Positions 14,529 through 27,588 of a stretch of 64,000 nt of DNA are shown here, piece by piece. Both the position numbers and the translations under genes were made by a program. Each line of letters opens with the position of its first letter. Within the stretch, counting starts at the first letter, position 1. Where the stretch lies: positions 17,422,001 through 17,486,000 of the forward strand of contig CM022671.1 of NCBI GenBank assembly GCA_012295275.1, in the 5' to 3' direction. The stretch comes from Chrysomallon squamiferum. Taxonomy: Eukaryota; Animalia; Mollusca. The notes under the pieces are model-generated. The model saw only the letters and a program-made list of their open reading frames with translations. It ran no database searches and was not told the origin of the DNA.

Positions 14529-16563
14529 TTTTTACGATTATCATCCTTTATTTGATGTAAAATAAAAAAATTAAAAATTAAAAAATTAAAAATAAAATAA
14601 AATAAAACAACTGTTAAAGCACCAAACTTGTGATATCATTACTGTCAGTGACATTGATATATTAAACACGTTTCATTTCTCAACTGCACAATAATCTTTC
14701 AGTCAGTTAGAATTAGGAACGTATCTCTAATTAGAGTTATATCTCTTCGGAGAGGTTTTTTTCTTTTCTTTATTATTATTATTATTATTATTTTTAATTT
14801 ATATACTTATTTATTGAAAATATACAGTTTTATCGATCTGATAACAAATCGTTTGAGACAAATAATGTTAAAAATATGTAGTTAATGCAATTATTGTTGA
14901 CAGTTAAGTGGCATATGACAAATTACATGCACGTTATAAATCATGAAAGAAGCTTTGCTACATAACTTGTCAGGTCATATAGTTAGTTCGGTCTGTTCAT
15001 GTCTAGTCTCATAAAATATTAAAGTTTTTCCATTAGAGCCATTCATTTCACCTTTCAAACTAATATTTCTGCAGATTATCCAGTAATGAATTTATTCTAA
15101 TAATTTGTATTTATCCAGTAGAAAATAAAGTTCACAAAAACACACACACACACCCACACGCACATTTGTCAAGCAACATTAACTCGGGTTAAAAAAACAA
15201 AACAAAAAACTCATAGCACATTGTACGTCAGAATATTAAATTAATTCTGAATATTTATTTTTTCCTTTGCTATTTGTTTTTGAGGTTTCTAGCTGTGATT
15301 GATGTGTTAACGGAATTTCTTAAAAACAAAATGTTTTACTATTATTATTATTGTTGTTGTTGTTGTTGTTGTTGTTATTATCTCTGTTATATGTAAGTTT
15401 TTATCTAAGTATATCACATAATTAGAGATTAAAAATTGTTTTGAATCTATCAGTAAATCGTTTTATTTTGCGTGTATCATTACATTTGTGTAACTGAAAA
15501 TAAATAATCTGAACTGTGATAGCTTTATTAATCTATTTTTTCATTATTTATTTATTTAACGAAATTCTTCTGTATTATTTTATTTTATTTTAATTTTGCA
15601 ATTTCTTAAAAGGAATTTCATTATATATAATACTGCTGTTGTAACAATTATGACACTTTGTTTTGAAGATAAAATGTTTATTTTCTGTAAATATTGTCGA
15701 ATTACATTCAAAATATTAATATACATGTACACAAAAAAAAAAAAAAAAAAATGGTCGCCAGTATGTCGATCTAAGTCTAGAATGAGGATTATCAGTGGAT
15801 TGTCATCCTCAGTGTGTTTTGTAAGCGTAGACACAGCTACAGACACTCTACACACCTTGTAAGATTTATTTATATGTCATCTTCACCATCGTTATAATTA
15901 TTATCAGAACTGCTATACTCCTGGACAAATGGTCTGGTACCTGTACAATGAAGTGACATTGCAGTTTTCCTGATATTGGAAAACGTTCTTTCTGATTCTG
16001 CTCGCTGTAATGATATAGAAAAGAATTCAATATTACAGTCTGACACACACTAATATAACTGATGGTTTTTAGACGTAAGCAAAAATGATTTATTATTTCT
16101 ATATATTTGTATATACATCTGAATGCGTAAATGTGATGTTATCAAAGAAATTCAGATATCAGTTACTGTCAAACATTTTGATATACTGTAAAAGTAATAT
16201 TTACAAATACACGTGGATCACGCATGCGTGAAAATGTATGCATCTGCTTTACAATTACCGTGTAATTTTTAAAAACATGTTTTTTACCGGATCTATATGG
16301 ATGATGATTTGTTTCAGAAGTTACACTCATGAAATAACGAAAACGAGTAAAAAGGATGAAAACAGCCTGAAATAGAAATAATATTTAATAAATATTTATT
16401 AACCAAACTCAAAAGGGCAAACATCTATAAAGATATTTTGTACATTTAAAGTGAAAAAAAAATCGTTTCTTTATATGTTTCAATAAGGATGCAAAAACAA
16501 AGTCCATTAATTTTAGCTATTTGAAAAAAAAAAAAAGTGAAAAAAATAATAACTGAAAATACA

Positions 16564-16595
<32 letters not shown>

Positions 16596-17915
16596 AACAA
16601 TAACCATAATAGTTAAACAAATAATATTACTACTACTACTACTACTACTACTATAATAATAATACATCATCCAGTTCTTTCTAAATTCAGATTTAAGGTT
16701 TGGATCAGTTTTATAATTATAATTTCAGTGAAATTTATATATAGATACCTTCCACTTTGGATACATTTAGAGCCAAAACAACCTCGGCTAAAAGAAACAG
16801 TGGCTCAGCCAGCCACATTAATTTATCATGGATCCATATTACTTGTACTGGTGTCAGGTTGATTGATAATAACCCCAAAATAATAAAAAAAAAAAAAAAT
16901 AAATAATAAAAATAAAAAAATAAACAAATCTCGCTAAAAAAAAAAAAAATGCAAATAGAGAATCGCAGAAAACTGAAAATAAAAATATTGTGACTTAGGT
17001 TCACATCAAAATTAAAAATATTTATGCGACATGTTATTATTTTTTTTAATAATTGTTTTAAATATTCCACAGACTACACAATGAAATCCTAACATATTAT
17101 GCATAAATACCAAAACATTCTACAAATATTTTGTTATTCGGATTCATTAATGAAATAAAATACATTTCGATATTATTCGTTCACACTGTCTGTATAATTA
17201 TCGTTAATAAAACACGTGACATGATAATCATATCCAAGTTTTAGAGTATTTTTGATTTAACTGCAATTGACAGTTACAGAACGGAGGTGCAGTAGTAGTC
17301 ATAGTCGCAAAATTATACCAGCGCAACAAAATAACTATAAAACAGTGTTACTAAACATGTTATATGGTAGAAGCTCGATGAAACATAAATATGGACCAAA
17401 GCAAATATATTTCTTAAGTAAAACATGGCGTCCTAAATAATATCCATCATTTTTCTGTTTTATAAATAATATTAAGATAGTAAAATGTTTGATTTTTGAA
17501 AACCATAAGGTTAGTAATTAATATAAATATGCGTTTTTTATTTTTTATTTTTTGTGATTATTAAACGAAACTATTTAAAATTTACGATTTAAATAATGGT
17601 AAAAGAAAACTTACTGAAGGTCACCCGATACTGTGTATCACGTGATGCACAAAAAGAGCACTGGCGGTAATGACGCAGAATATAATTTAGGTCAGTCATA
17701 ATCGATTAGTTCTGACTTTCACCATAATAAACAGATAATAAATAATCCCAAATAACGAGAATTCATTTATCGATACGTTAATCGTTTTCGTCTGAATGAC
17801 TGGTATTTGTCAGCTGAGAAATAATTAAGAATATTCTGAGTATTTTATTATACCTCACAAAATTTCTGGTGACAGCTTTCTAAATTAAAAAAATATTAAT
17901 AACAAAAAAAAAAAA

Positions 17916-17954
<39 letters not shown>

Positions 17955-18138
17955 TGATGATTATGATGATAATAATACAATAAATTAACAATAAAAAATA
18001 AAAAGTCAGGTTATTAAGTATTACACTGAAGAGAAACCCAAATGTAAATGAGACTTGGCGATCCACTACTTCTGTCAAAAGTTTATTACATAAGTAAATA
18101 ATGGTTTAACCGTATTGTAAAAATTGTATTGCGATATA

Positions 18139-18341
18139 CCGCAGCAACATATTCTAACCCATGGATATTCTTCAAAGGGATTTATTAAATCTAACCATGC
18201 ATGCATGCCGCCATTCTTCATAAATAAAAATATAGAGAGAAAACCCTACCTGGAAAAAATTGAATATATTTATTTACTTGTTTATTTATTTTTAATAAAT
18301 CCCTTTGAAGAATATCCATGGGTTAGAATATGTTGTTGCGG
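18139..18341. mobile_element. Short fold-back MITE, about 200 bp, with about 51-bp inverted repeats
   Basis: CCGCAGCAACATATTCTAACCCATGGATATTCTTCAAAGGGATTTATTAAA (18139-18189) and its reverse complement with one mismatch (18291-18341). TA flanks both sides. Confidence 0.85.
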
Positions 18342-18372
<31 letters not shown>

Positions 18373-19097
18373 TAATGGTGGTTTCTTTTTCGGAAAAAAA
18401 AAAAAAAAAAATATTTAGAGATCGGGCGTGACAATACAATTTAAAAAAAAAATTAACAACAAAACAATATATATACATTAAAGGAGAGTTTAGCTGGCGA
18501 CAAAGGACTGACGTCAATCAATACTGATTCAGTTTTACACACTGAAGACATTTTCGTCTTCCATCTTTCCAGCAGGTTCAGAAATTACATTCCGAACGTT
18601 TTGCGAAAATTCCTGAAACTATATGCCTAAATGACGTAAACTGTATTATGAGTCAGATAGTTAACAAAAACCTTAGGGGCTGTTATATATAAATATCTGT
18701 CTGTATGTATGCGTTTATGTTCATCTTTTCGTCTGGTAATATTTTTTTTTGGGGAAACAGTACTACTAATTATAACATAAAATTAACCCGCGTTATCTAA
18801 GTTCGTTTTCTAAGTGTACATAAATTGTCTTGTGCGGTTTCCAAATTAGTTGCATGTTTTTACAAGAAATATGTACTCTAAATATAGCCACAGTTTTCCA
18901 ACCTGTTAAATAAAAATTAACTGAATAATAATTAGTAATAATAAATCAGAAAAAAAGAACCAAAAGTAAATACATCACTAAGGAAATGAATTTATTATTC
19001 ATGTTATAATCATTTTAACTTTTTAGTTTTTCTTTAAAGAAATTAAATAATTTAATTGTTATTTATTGTTTGTTAGCAAAAGACTGAAGAACAGCTG

Positions 19098-19186
<89 letters not shown>

Positions 19187-19324
19187 AGATACGTGGGATA
19201 TTGCTCAAACTGTCATCCCCTGGTTTGTCCCGCAGGACAATATCTACGTATAACATTATTTTTACTGCATGCGACATAATTTCGTAGCTATGAACATCGA
19301 CGAAGAAAAACCAACAAAGATACA

Positions 19325-19392
<68 letters not shown>

Positions 19393-20747
19393 AATAATAA
19401 TGATTAATTATATTAACATTCTTAATCACGGTACACTCTCTTTTGGTTATTATTTTATAATAACTGAAAATATGGACTTTCACGAAAATGCTCGCATTGT
19501 TTCGAAATACAAGTCTAATTAATTCCCACAGAAAGCATTGTCATTTATAGCTTGAGGCGTTTCGTTACAACAGAGAAATAGTGTACCACCTCGCGAGGAA
19601 GATTTTATTTTTTTATTTTTGATTAATATTTTTTTTTTTGTGTGTGTGACATAAAATGTCGTGTACAATGATAATTTAGGTTTCTCGTTTATACTACGAC
19701 GAAATTAAGGCAAAACTGTCTTTCATTTTATGTCTGATGTGTTTTTCTCTTTTTCTTTCGATATATATTTTTAGCGTTTTTATAATAATTAAATATTAAA
19801 CTGTAAAATATAATTTTTATGAACTATTTTATAAAGTACATATATATATATATATATATGGATAGGATGGATAGATAGATACATGGACAGATACTTACAC
19901 ACACACACACACACACGCAAGCAAGCGCGCATGATTTGAATATAATTACAGTGAAATTTGACATTCTTTTGACGAAACTGCGACAAAATACTTTTCATAT
20001 TATATCAGAAGCAGAAATATTTGTTTTTTAATCGATACTTCATCTTTGATTCTATTCTTTGAAAATAAGCAATAGAATATCCATTGTACAAAATAAAGAC
20101 CAGTCATTTAGTGCTACATATTTACATCTATTTTCTTGAATTTATTTAATGGCACTGAAAAAAAATCATAACATTTAATACTAAGCAAAACAAAAAAAAA
20201 ATAAAATAAAATAACAATTAAATAAACTTACTGGCCTTAAAATAATTAAATATTAATATACGACACGCCAGAATATGTTTCGTACCTTAACGTTACGTCC
20301 ATCAAGCTCCAGACCCGTCTCATTTATCTTCGTGTTTTTACGTCAAATTACGACGTTCTCGCCCAACACCTGACTTTTTATTTCGCTAATTATTCGACTT
20401 TCTGAACCGCTGTGAAAATAAAGCTGTCAAAAAAAAAAACGAAACAGAGGCAGAATTCTCGAAACTGGATTGGGGAGGGTGTGCTGAGTAACAAGAAGTG
20501 TCGCCTAAAAACGTGACGCCACCGCATACCAGGTTAAATTTAATCGTGAAAAAGATGTGTGATATCGCGGCTGTCTAGTTACATCCAGAATAGTTCTTTA
20601 ACAAAGTAAGTTTGGTTTATTTTATTATTATTATTATTATTATAATTTTTTTTGTTGAGTACATAAATCACGTGTAGCTGCTATGTACTGAAATTATTAT
20701 TATTATCATTTATTTATTTTATTTTATATGTATACACATAAAAACAC

Positions 20748-20779
<32 letters not shown>

Positions 20780-21202
20780 GGCTGTGCATTAAACAGTGGG
20801 AGTAAATGAATCCTTAAGAAAAAAAAAAAACAAAAACAAAAAACACAAATAAAACATATAAAAAAACAACAACAACAAAATGTTTTTGTATCTATTATCA
20901 ACTATCAATAATAATGCCAAAATGACGTGACAACTTTTAACTTCGTACATGTTTCAGAATTGTGTGATTTATCGTTTGTGACAAATAAGCACAAACAAGT
21001 CATTTACGAAATATTCCTAATATTTGTGGTTTTTCATTTCATTGCATTATTATTATTATTATTTTTTTTTTAGAAATATCTATTATAGCTAAAGCTGAGT
21101 CAATCTAACATAAAACGTTAAACATTTTTTATTTATTTTTATTTTTTTAATTTTTTTTTAGATAAAACCATCTCGGTGATAAAACCATCTCAACATCACA
21201 AC

Positions 21203-22858
21203 ATGGAAAAGATTTTGTACCTCGCAGTTCTGCACTCGCTGGCCTACACGCACGTGCAGAGCTCAGTGAATGTGGAAAATGCCATCTCGTATTTCGAGCC
21301 AGGCGTACAAGGAAGTTACTCCACCAAGTTCTTGGACTTCATGTGCGGCAACGTGCAGGACGGTTCGTTCCTCGCCCTGCCCTGGGACTGCAATGGCTTC
21401 ATCCGCTGTGTCCACGCTAAAGCCAACTGGACGCCGTGTCCACACGGGCTGGTTTTCTCTCACGCACAACGTCTGCACCCACGCCTCTGACAACAATGTC
21501 TGCAAGACCAATTCAAAAGGTAAACGTAATTCTTTCTTTTCGATTTTGTCTGCTTCGTGTACGTTTTTTTTGTTTTTGGTTTTGTTTCTTTGTTTTTCTT
21601 TTTTTCTTCCCCAGTATAAAAAATAATAATAAAATAAAAATAATAATAATAATAATAAAAAAATAAAACAAAAGAAAATAAAGAAAACAAAAAGAGAAAA
21701 AGAGAAATCTATAATCAGCTTTTCTACATACATACACACATAGACGTCCACACAAATACACATATTTTTATACATATAAAGTTACTGTTTGATTGTTTTT
21801 CTTAGCGATCTCAATAGTGATCTCAAAGTCTGTGGTACGTTCTGTCCTCATACCAATGCATTTAAAAATATCCAAAAACCAATTTTTTTCGAATATATCT
21901 GGTACGTACTGTCCAAATACAACATAACATGATAAAACAATATTTTTGCATTTGGTTGTTGAGGCTTGTTAATAGAAACGTATACTCACTCAGGCAATGC
22001 TTCTTCTGAATTTATTACAATCGTCTTCGGTTTCTTCATTTCGTTTCGCAGAGACATGGCAGAAATTCTGTGACATGTTTCCCGGAGGTTACTTCCCAGA
22101 TCTGAAGAACTGTGCCAGATACTACGACTGTTCCCGCGTCTCCGACATGCGACAGCTCGAGTGCATCTACCCGAACGTGTTCAACGTTAAAACAATGAAA
22201 TGCGACGACTACAGACTCGTCAACTGCGACGGCCGGCCAGCTCCGGTTTCACCGTGTAAGTAAACACTTTTCAGTGATGTCCTGAACACCGGGACGAGTA
22301 TCCTTGGTGCATCGTTAACTTATTAGTTTTGTTGTTGTCTTCTGACATAAAATTACTTCTGTTGTGTCTATGTGTCTAAGTGTATTTGTTTGTATGTATG
22401 TATGTATGTATGTATGTATGTATCTATGTATGTATTTATGTGTGTGTATATGTGTGTGTGTGTGTACGTGTGTATATACGTGTGTACAATGTATCTATGT
22501 ATGTATTTATGTGTGTGTATATGTGTGTGTGTGTGTACGTGTGTATATACGTGTGTACAATGTATATATGTTTGATTTTATTTCATTCGTTTTATTTACT
22601 TACTTAATTATTTATGTACTCGCAGGTGAGTATGTACAACACCACGTCTGCGACAACGACCTCTGCCTGCCGTGCGAGGAACGCTGTCCAAGTTGTAAAG
22701 GTCTGCCAGACGGTTTGAACCCTGTACCTAACAGAGGAGATTACCGGTATTTCCTTATCTGTGATAAGTGGAGAACTGTCAAGGTTGAAAAATGTCCGGA
22801 AAACGAAGTGTTTTCAGCAACCTGCAAGAAATGTATTAATCCCGCTGTTGGCTGTTAG
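21203..22858 (+). CDS. Secreted chitin-binding protein with three CBM14/peritrophin-A domains, about 251 aa if repaired; frameshifted as assembled (pseudogene allele or assembly error)
   Basis: Exons 21203-21519, 22052-22255 and 22626-22858 are GT-AG, phase 1/1. Signal-peptide-like start MEKILYLAVLHSLAYTHVQS. Domain 1: CGNVQDGSFLALPWDCNGFIRC...CPHGLVF/../VC. Domain 2: CDMFPGGYFPDLKNCARYYDC...CIYPNVFNVKTMKCDDYRLVNC. Linker and domain 3: PCEY...CLPCEERCPSCKGLPDGLNP...CPENEVFSATCKKC. The frame breaks at about 21456-21461. Confidence 0.88.
22421..22562. repeat. Tandem duplication of a compound microsatellite unit of about 70 bp
   Basis: TATCTATGTATGTATTTATG(TG)n...TACGTGTGTATATACGTGTGTACAATG occurs twice within intron 2 of the chitin-binding gene. 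Confidence 0.75.
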
Positions 22859-23006
22859 TGATGATTTATTATATATAGCAAATAGTTATATGTATAACGT
22901 TATATAAGGATTAGTTTTAAAAAAAAAGTGTGTCTATAGAGTTATATAAGGATGAAACGTAACAGTTTTGGTATGTATAAACGTATTAGGTTGATTACAC
23001 TGAATA

Positions 23007-24196
23007 CAGTCAATCCTCTTTATAACGTCGAAATTGGTGCTGCACTGGTTTTGATGTTTTAACGACTTGGTAGATATAACGAGTTTTCTAAGAGACATTG
23101 ATGCTGCACTGATTTTGACGATATAACGACTTGGTAGATATAACGAGTTTTCTCTAAGATTTTACGACTTTTCTAACAGACATTGATGCTGCACTGATTT
23201 TGACGATATAACGACTTGGTAGATATAACGAGTTTTCTAAGAGACATTGATGCTGCACTGATTTTGACGATATAACGACTTGGTAGATATAACGACTTCT
23301 GTGAGACTACGAATTACTACATTCAACATCTGTCAGAAGTGAACACGAAATATTCCACAGCTTGCTCAGTTATCTTTCAGAATAACAAAAAGAATGCCGA
23401 GTTACAGACCGCTTAACTGACATATTTCGATAAACTGGTAAATATCCAACATTTAAAAAATAATTTAAGAAACCAAAATACCAACACAACAACAACAATA
23501 AAAACATTTTTAAAAAATTAAAAATCGAACTCGTTGGACAGTATTTATCTGAATTCTTGTCATTCACTTTTTCTCGAAAAATTGCAGGACAGATTCTTGT
23601 TTTGAAGTCACTGATACCAGGTATTCAATAACAGATCGAATGTTGTTTTGTCTAATAGTAAAACACGAGCAAAAGGGAGGAGTAGGGGAATTTTTTTATA
23701 TAATTTTTCAAAATTTATTTTTATATATAGATATACGTAACATTTTTATTTATATAGTGGATGGGAAGAATTTAACTAACTAAGAAAATAATAAAACTAT
23801 GAGAAGGAACAAACTATTTATTTTGAATTTAGTGACAGTTCTTCTGTTCACTACAACGAAGCGGGCTGGGGTCTGGCGCTGTGGTATGTTCAGCGAATTC
23901 AGGGATGTTACTGGCTAATTTCAACAACCGGATCATATGAAAGATATCAATTTAAAGTGCCATGCCAAGCTGATTTCATCTTAAATATTTGAAAATATTT
24001 GACACAGGATAAAAACATTCACGAAATGCAACACAAAAATGGAGCTTTGGTTTGCATGATGATTTATACGGACTTTATGATGAGGTTAGCTGATAATTTT
24101 ACCATTCGTTTGCATTAGACTCTAAATAATGACGATGGGTGCTTGAACATTTTTAGATAACGTTATAACGGAGGACGTTATAAAGAGGTTTGACTG
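23007..24196. mobile_element. Non-autonomous pogo/Tigger-type DNA transposon, about 1.19 kb, with subterminal 64-bp tandem repeats
   Basis: Left TIR CAGTCAATCCTCTTTATAACGTC. The right end reverse-complements to CAGTCAAACCTCTTTATAACGTC (22/23 identical). TA flanks both sides. Four units beginning TGCTGCACTG(A/G)TTTTGA and containing AACGACTTGGTAGATATAACGA start at 23038, 23102, 23187 and 23251. Confidence 0.88.
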
Positions 24197-24661
24197 TAGT
24201 TTGTATAGCGATTAGACAGAAATATTATGTGAATATAAATATATATATGTTCATTATTCAAACCAAACATTTCTGAATAAAGCTAAATTCTTCTATAACA
24301 TTTTTTGTTTGCATTTCGATATCGATATCTTTTACGCTCTTTAGTGTACACTAATGGCATGATTTCCATTTCGGACCAATCACTGTTTTCCTATCATTTT
24401 TCTTACGTTTGGCCAATGTCTCGCCGTTTCTCGTCTTTTCTCGCACTTGCGACCTCATCGTAATGTTTTATTTTTTATATTCTAAATGCTCCTATGTAAT
24501 AAAAATAAGTAAAGCTGATGTTACTGGTGAAACATATATTGTAACTGTGTGCGTATACGCTTCATGCATTTTAATTGCTCTGTGTTATATTATTCTGTTT
24601 AGTTACATGCAGTTTTTATATTACAAGTAAACTGAATAAAACTTTTCAATTTTTTTATTAA

Positions 24662-24754
<93 letters not shown>

Positions 24755-25178
24755 ATTGATTTATTAAATATTCTGAAGCCTTTATCACCGTTATAAAACA
24801 GGGGACTGTATGTATTAAAGTGTGCTTGTATTTCGATTACATATTACAGTCAATTTAATTTTTTCCAAAATCTTCCACTGTCACAGTAATCAGTAATTGT
24901 TATCACAGACATGTATAGACTCTTTCGAATTGTTCAGATTTTAAATAAAAATAAATTTTAATCAAAGATGCAGATTTAATGGCCCTTATGATGTGAATCC
25001 TTTTCAACAGCATCACATAATTTATCAGAGAACTGATCCGGTATTTTTTTATCCCTATAGAAAGGTATAAAATATACATCAGTTTTATTTTGATTTTCAT
25101 CAGAAGTATTAATAGTTGTGAAATGGAATAGTATTACGTTAACAAAGAATTACAAGCAGTTTATGTGTATAACGTATT

Positions 25179-25473
25179 TTAAGGATTGTCATAAACAAAC
25201 GAGATTTTGTGAGACTTGAGTCTTTGCTCGATAACGTGATCCATTTTCTCATTCTGAGCCACAGTGAAATGATTCTTCCAGTCTCCAACTTCACCTGTAC
25301 AATAAAACACAGAAAATATTTAGTCACTGTAATACCATATACATACATACATATATATGTGTCTGTGTGTGTGTGTTGGTGATCATAGAAGTGATGTTTT
25401 GTACATACAGAATAAAATAAAATAATAATGATGATGATGGTGATGATGATGATAATAATAATAATAATAATAA

Positions 25474-25504
<31 letters not shown>

Positions 25505-27588
25505 AAGAAATAAGAAAACTACATTAATAAAAATAAAATAAATAGATAAATAAATAAACAGAGCTCTTCTATTTTTATAACATAAAGTATAATCAGGGGT
25601 GAATCTATTATGAAACAAATGGAAAATTTTGGTGGACATGACTTCAAAAAGTGGCTAAATTTTTAAAATCTGTTCCGGAATAAGCCTCGTCACCTCCCCC
25701 CACCCAAAAAATATCGATCCGCTACTGAATATAATCCTTTAATCCCTGAAACAAATCTACTACACCTTTTCTCCAGAGTCTGTCTACAAACTGTTGATAC
25801 TCTTCTGAGTTTGTCTGCTTTTTCGTCTTCTTCATGTTCTCAAAACAGCATCTTTTGGAAATATCTTTAATGAACGAACTGTTGTCCAACAGCGACGCAT
25901 CCACACCCAGGAATTTACCCAGTCTGCGAATTTCATACTCTGAGTCCTGGTATAAAGAAAGAAACGATTAAAATAGAAATAACGTGTAGATGTAAGATAT
26001 ACATTTCTTATTATAGATTATCTCTAATCATTTAGACATTACATATTATTAATCATTCTATGCAAACTTTAATTTAATGTTGGTTATTTATTACTACTTC
26101 TGCTATTACTACTGCTACTGACACTAATACTGCAATTTCTACAATTACCTCAAACACTATTAGTATTACCAATGCTCTTCTTGCTTCAACTGCTATGACT
26201 TTTTCTATTACTACTACTACTATTACTAGCTTATGATAGCAAAGGCAGTAGTAACAGTAGTAATAGTACTCTAATTGTTATTCCTGTAGCAGTATAACAT
26301 TTGGCAGAAATATCAAATACAAAATAATTATTAATCTTAGATGTTTCATTAGCAAAAAAGTCTAAATAAGATTCATCGTCTTGGATGACAACCATATGAA
26401 CATCCATGGTAAAATATACATACACGCACACACACACACAGGCGTACATACAGATACACGCACAAAAGCGAGAGCAGTGTTGAGAAATACTCGTAATTTA
26501 CAAACCTGATGCAAACTTTCATAGAACACAACGTGAACGAAGCCAGGATGCTGTTGCTCGAATGATGTCCAGATGTCGATGTAGTCGAAGTAGGAATTAA
26601 ACGGAACTAAAATACAAACAGTAAATAAATACGACCACAAAATTAAACTTAAAGTCAGTTACAAACATAATAAATATTCAGTGTTAGAAGACAAGAGTAA
26701 AAGAAAAAAATATATACAGTATTTGAAATGCCAAATAAAACTAACATTACCTTTTCCTTCCATGAAGAGCAGAAGAAAATCATTAAAATTTCCAGGATAA
26801 GGAAAACGATCAATGGTAGAATTTACAGTGGAAAAGTAAAAATACGAAAGAGCGACGTCTTTGGGATTTCTGTAAATCCTGATTAATTTGGATCTGTTCT
26901 TTACAATGTCGCTGGGTAATTCTTCCGGATACAAATGCGTTCCAATAAATAAAGGTTTTGGCACAGACTCCAGTTCTTCGTCTAAAGTGAATTCGTATAT
27001 TTTCATAGTTTCTTTGGCGACATCTTTGGACATCAGCATTTGACATATGTCATAGATCCAGTGTGTTCCTGAGAAAAAAGGGACAAAAAGAAAGAAAGAA
27101 AAAAGAATATTAATACTGATATCGTGAGTTACTCATTTTTGTAGCTAAATAACAGAATAATAACAGATAAAAATATATTATACAATTACATTATGTTAGA
27201 GCCGACAGAAAACAAACGCGTAACTATGAAAATTATGATTATTAATATATTATTTTCGTTTTCTTTTTCTTTGTGTATTTGCAAACATCCGGGACACTAA
27301 AAGAAAGGATCCAAAGTGACACACACAGACAACGCACACAATCACATACGCACAAAAACATCAAACTCACATAAACATATAGCTACAAATAAAATACATC
27401 TTACCACATTTTGGATAAGAACAAATGAAGACATCTTCACTAGAAGCTGATCGGGACTGAATGCTCTGATAGTGTTTAGTAAACTCTTCTTCACTTAAAT
27501 TACGAGGTCTGTTTGGAAAATAGCGACAACCCACTTTCCTGAGCGGATATATTTTCCCACTTGCATCCACAATTTCATGTAGAGCCAT
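25179..27588 (-). CDS. Cytosolic PAPS-dependent sulfotransferase (SULT1-like), 5 coding exons, 299 aa
   Basis: Minus-strand exons: 27588-27405, 27068-26751, 26606-26506, 25946-25766, 25294-25179. Total 900 nt in frame. Motifs: 5'-PSB SYPKCGTHW, catalytic His in GTHLYP, 3'-PB RNPKDVALSYF, and RKGEVGDWKNHFT. Confidence 0.92.
25594..25727. mobile_element. Short MITE with a 3-bp target-site duplication (PIF/Harbinger-like) in the last sulfotransferase intron
   Basis: Imperfect TIRs CAGGGGTGAATCTA and TCGATCCGCTACTG, flanked by AAT (25591-25593) and AAT (25728-25730). Confidence 0.55.

Noticed and set aside
18139-18341. Pre-miRNA
   Set aside because: The loop of about 100 nt, near-perfect arms and TA flanks fit a MITE better.
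23038-23300. CRISPR-like array or functional repeat
   Set aside because: These are spacer-less 64-bp subterminal repeats inside a TIR-bounded transposon.
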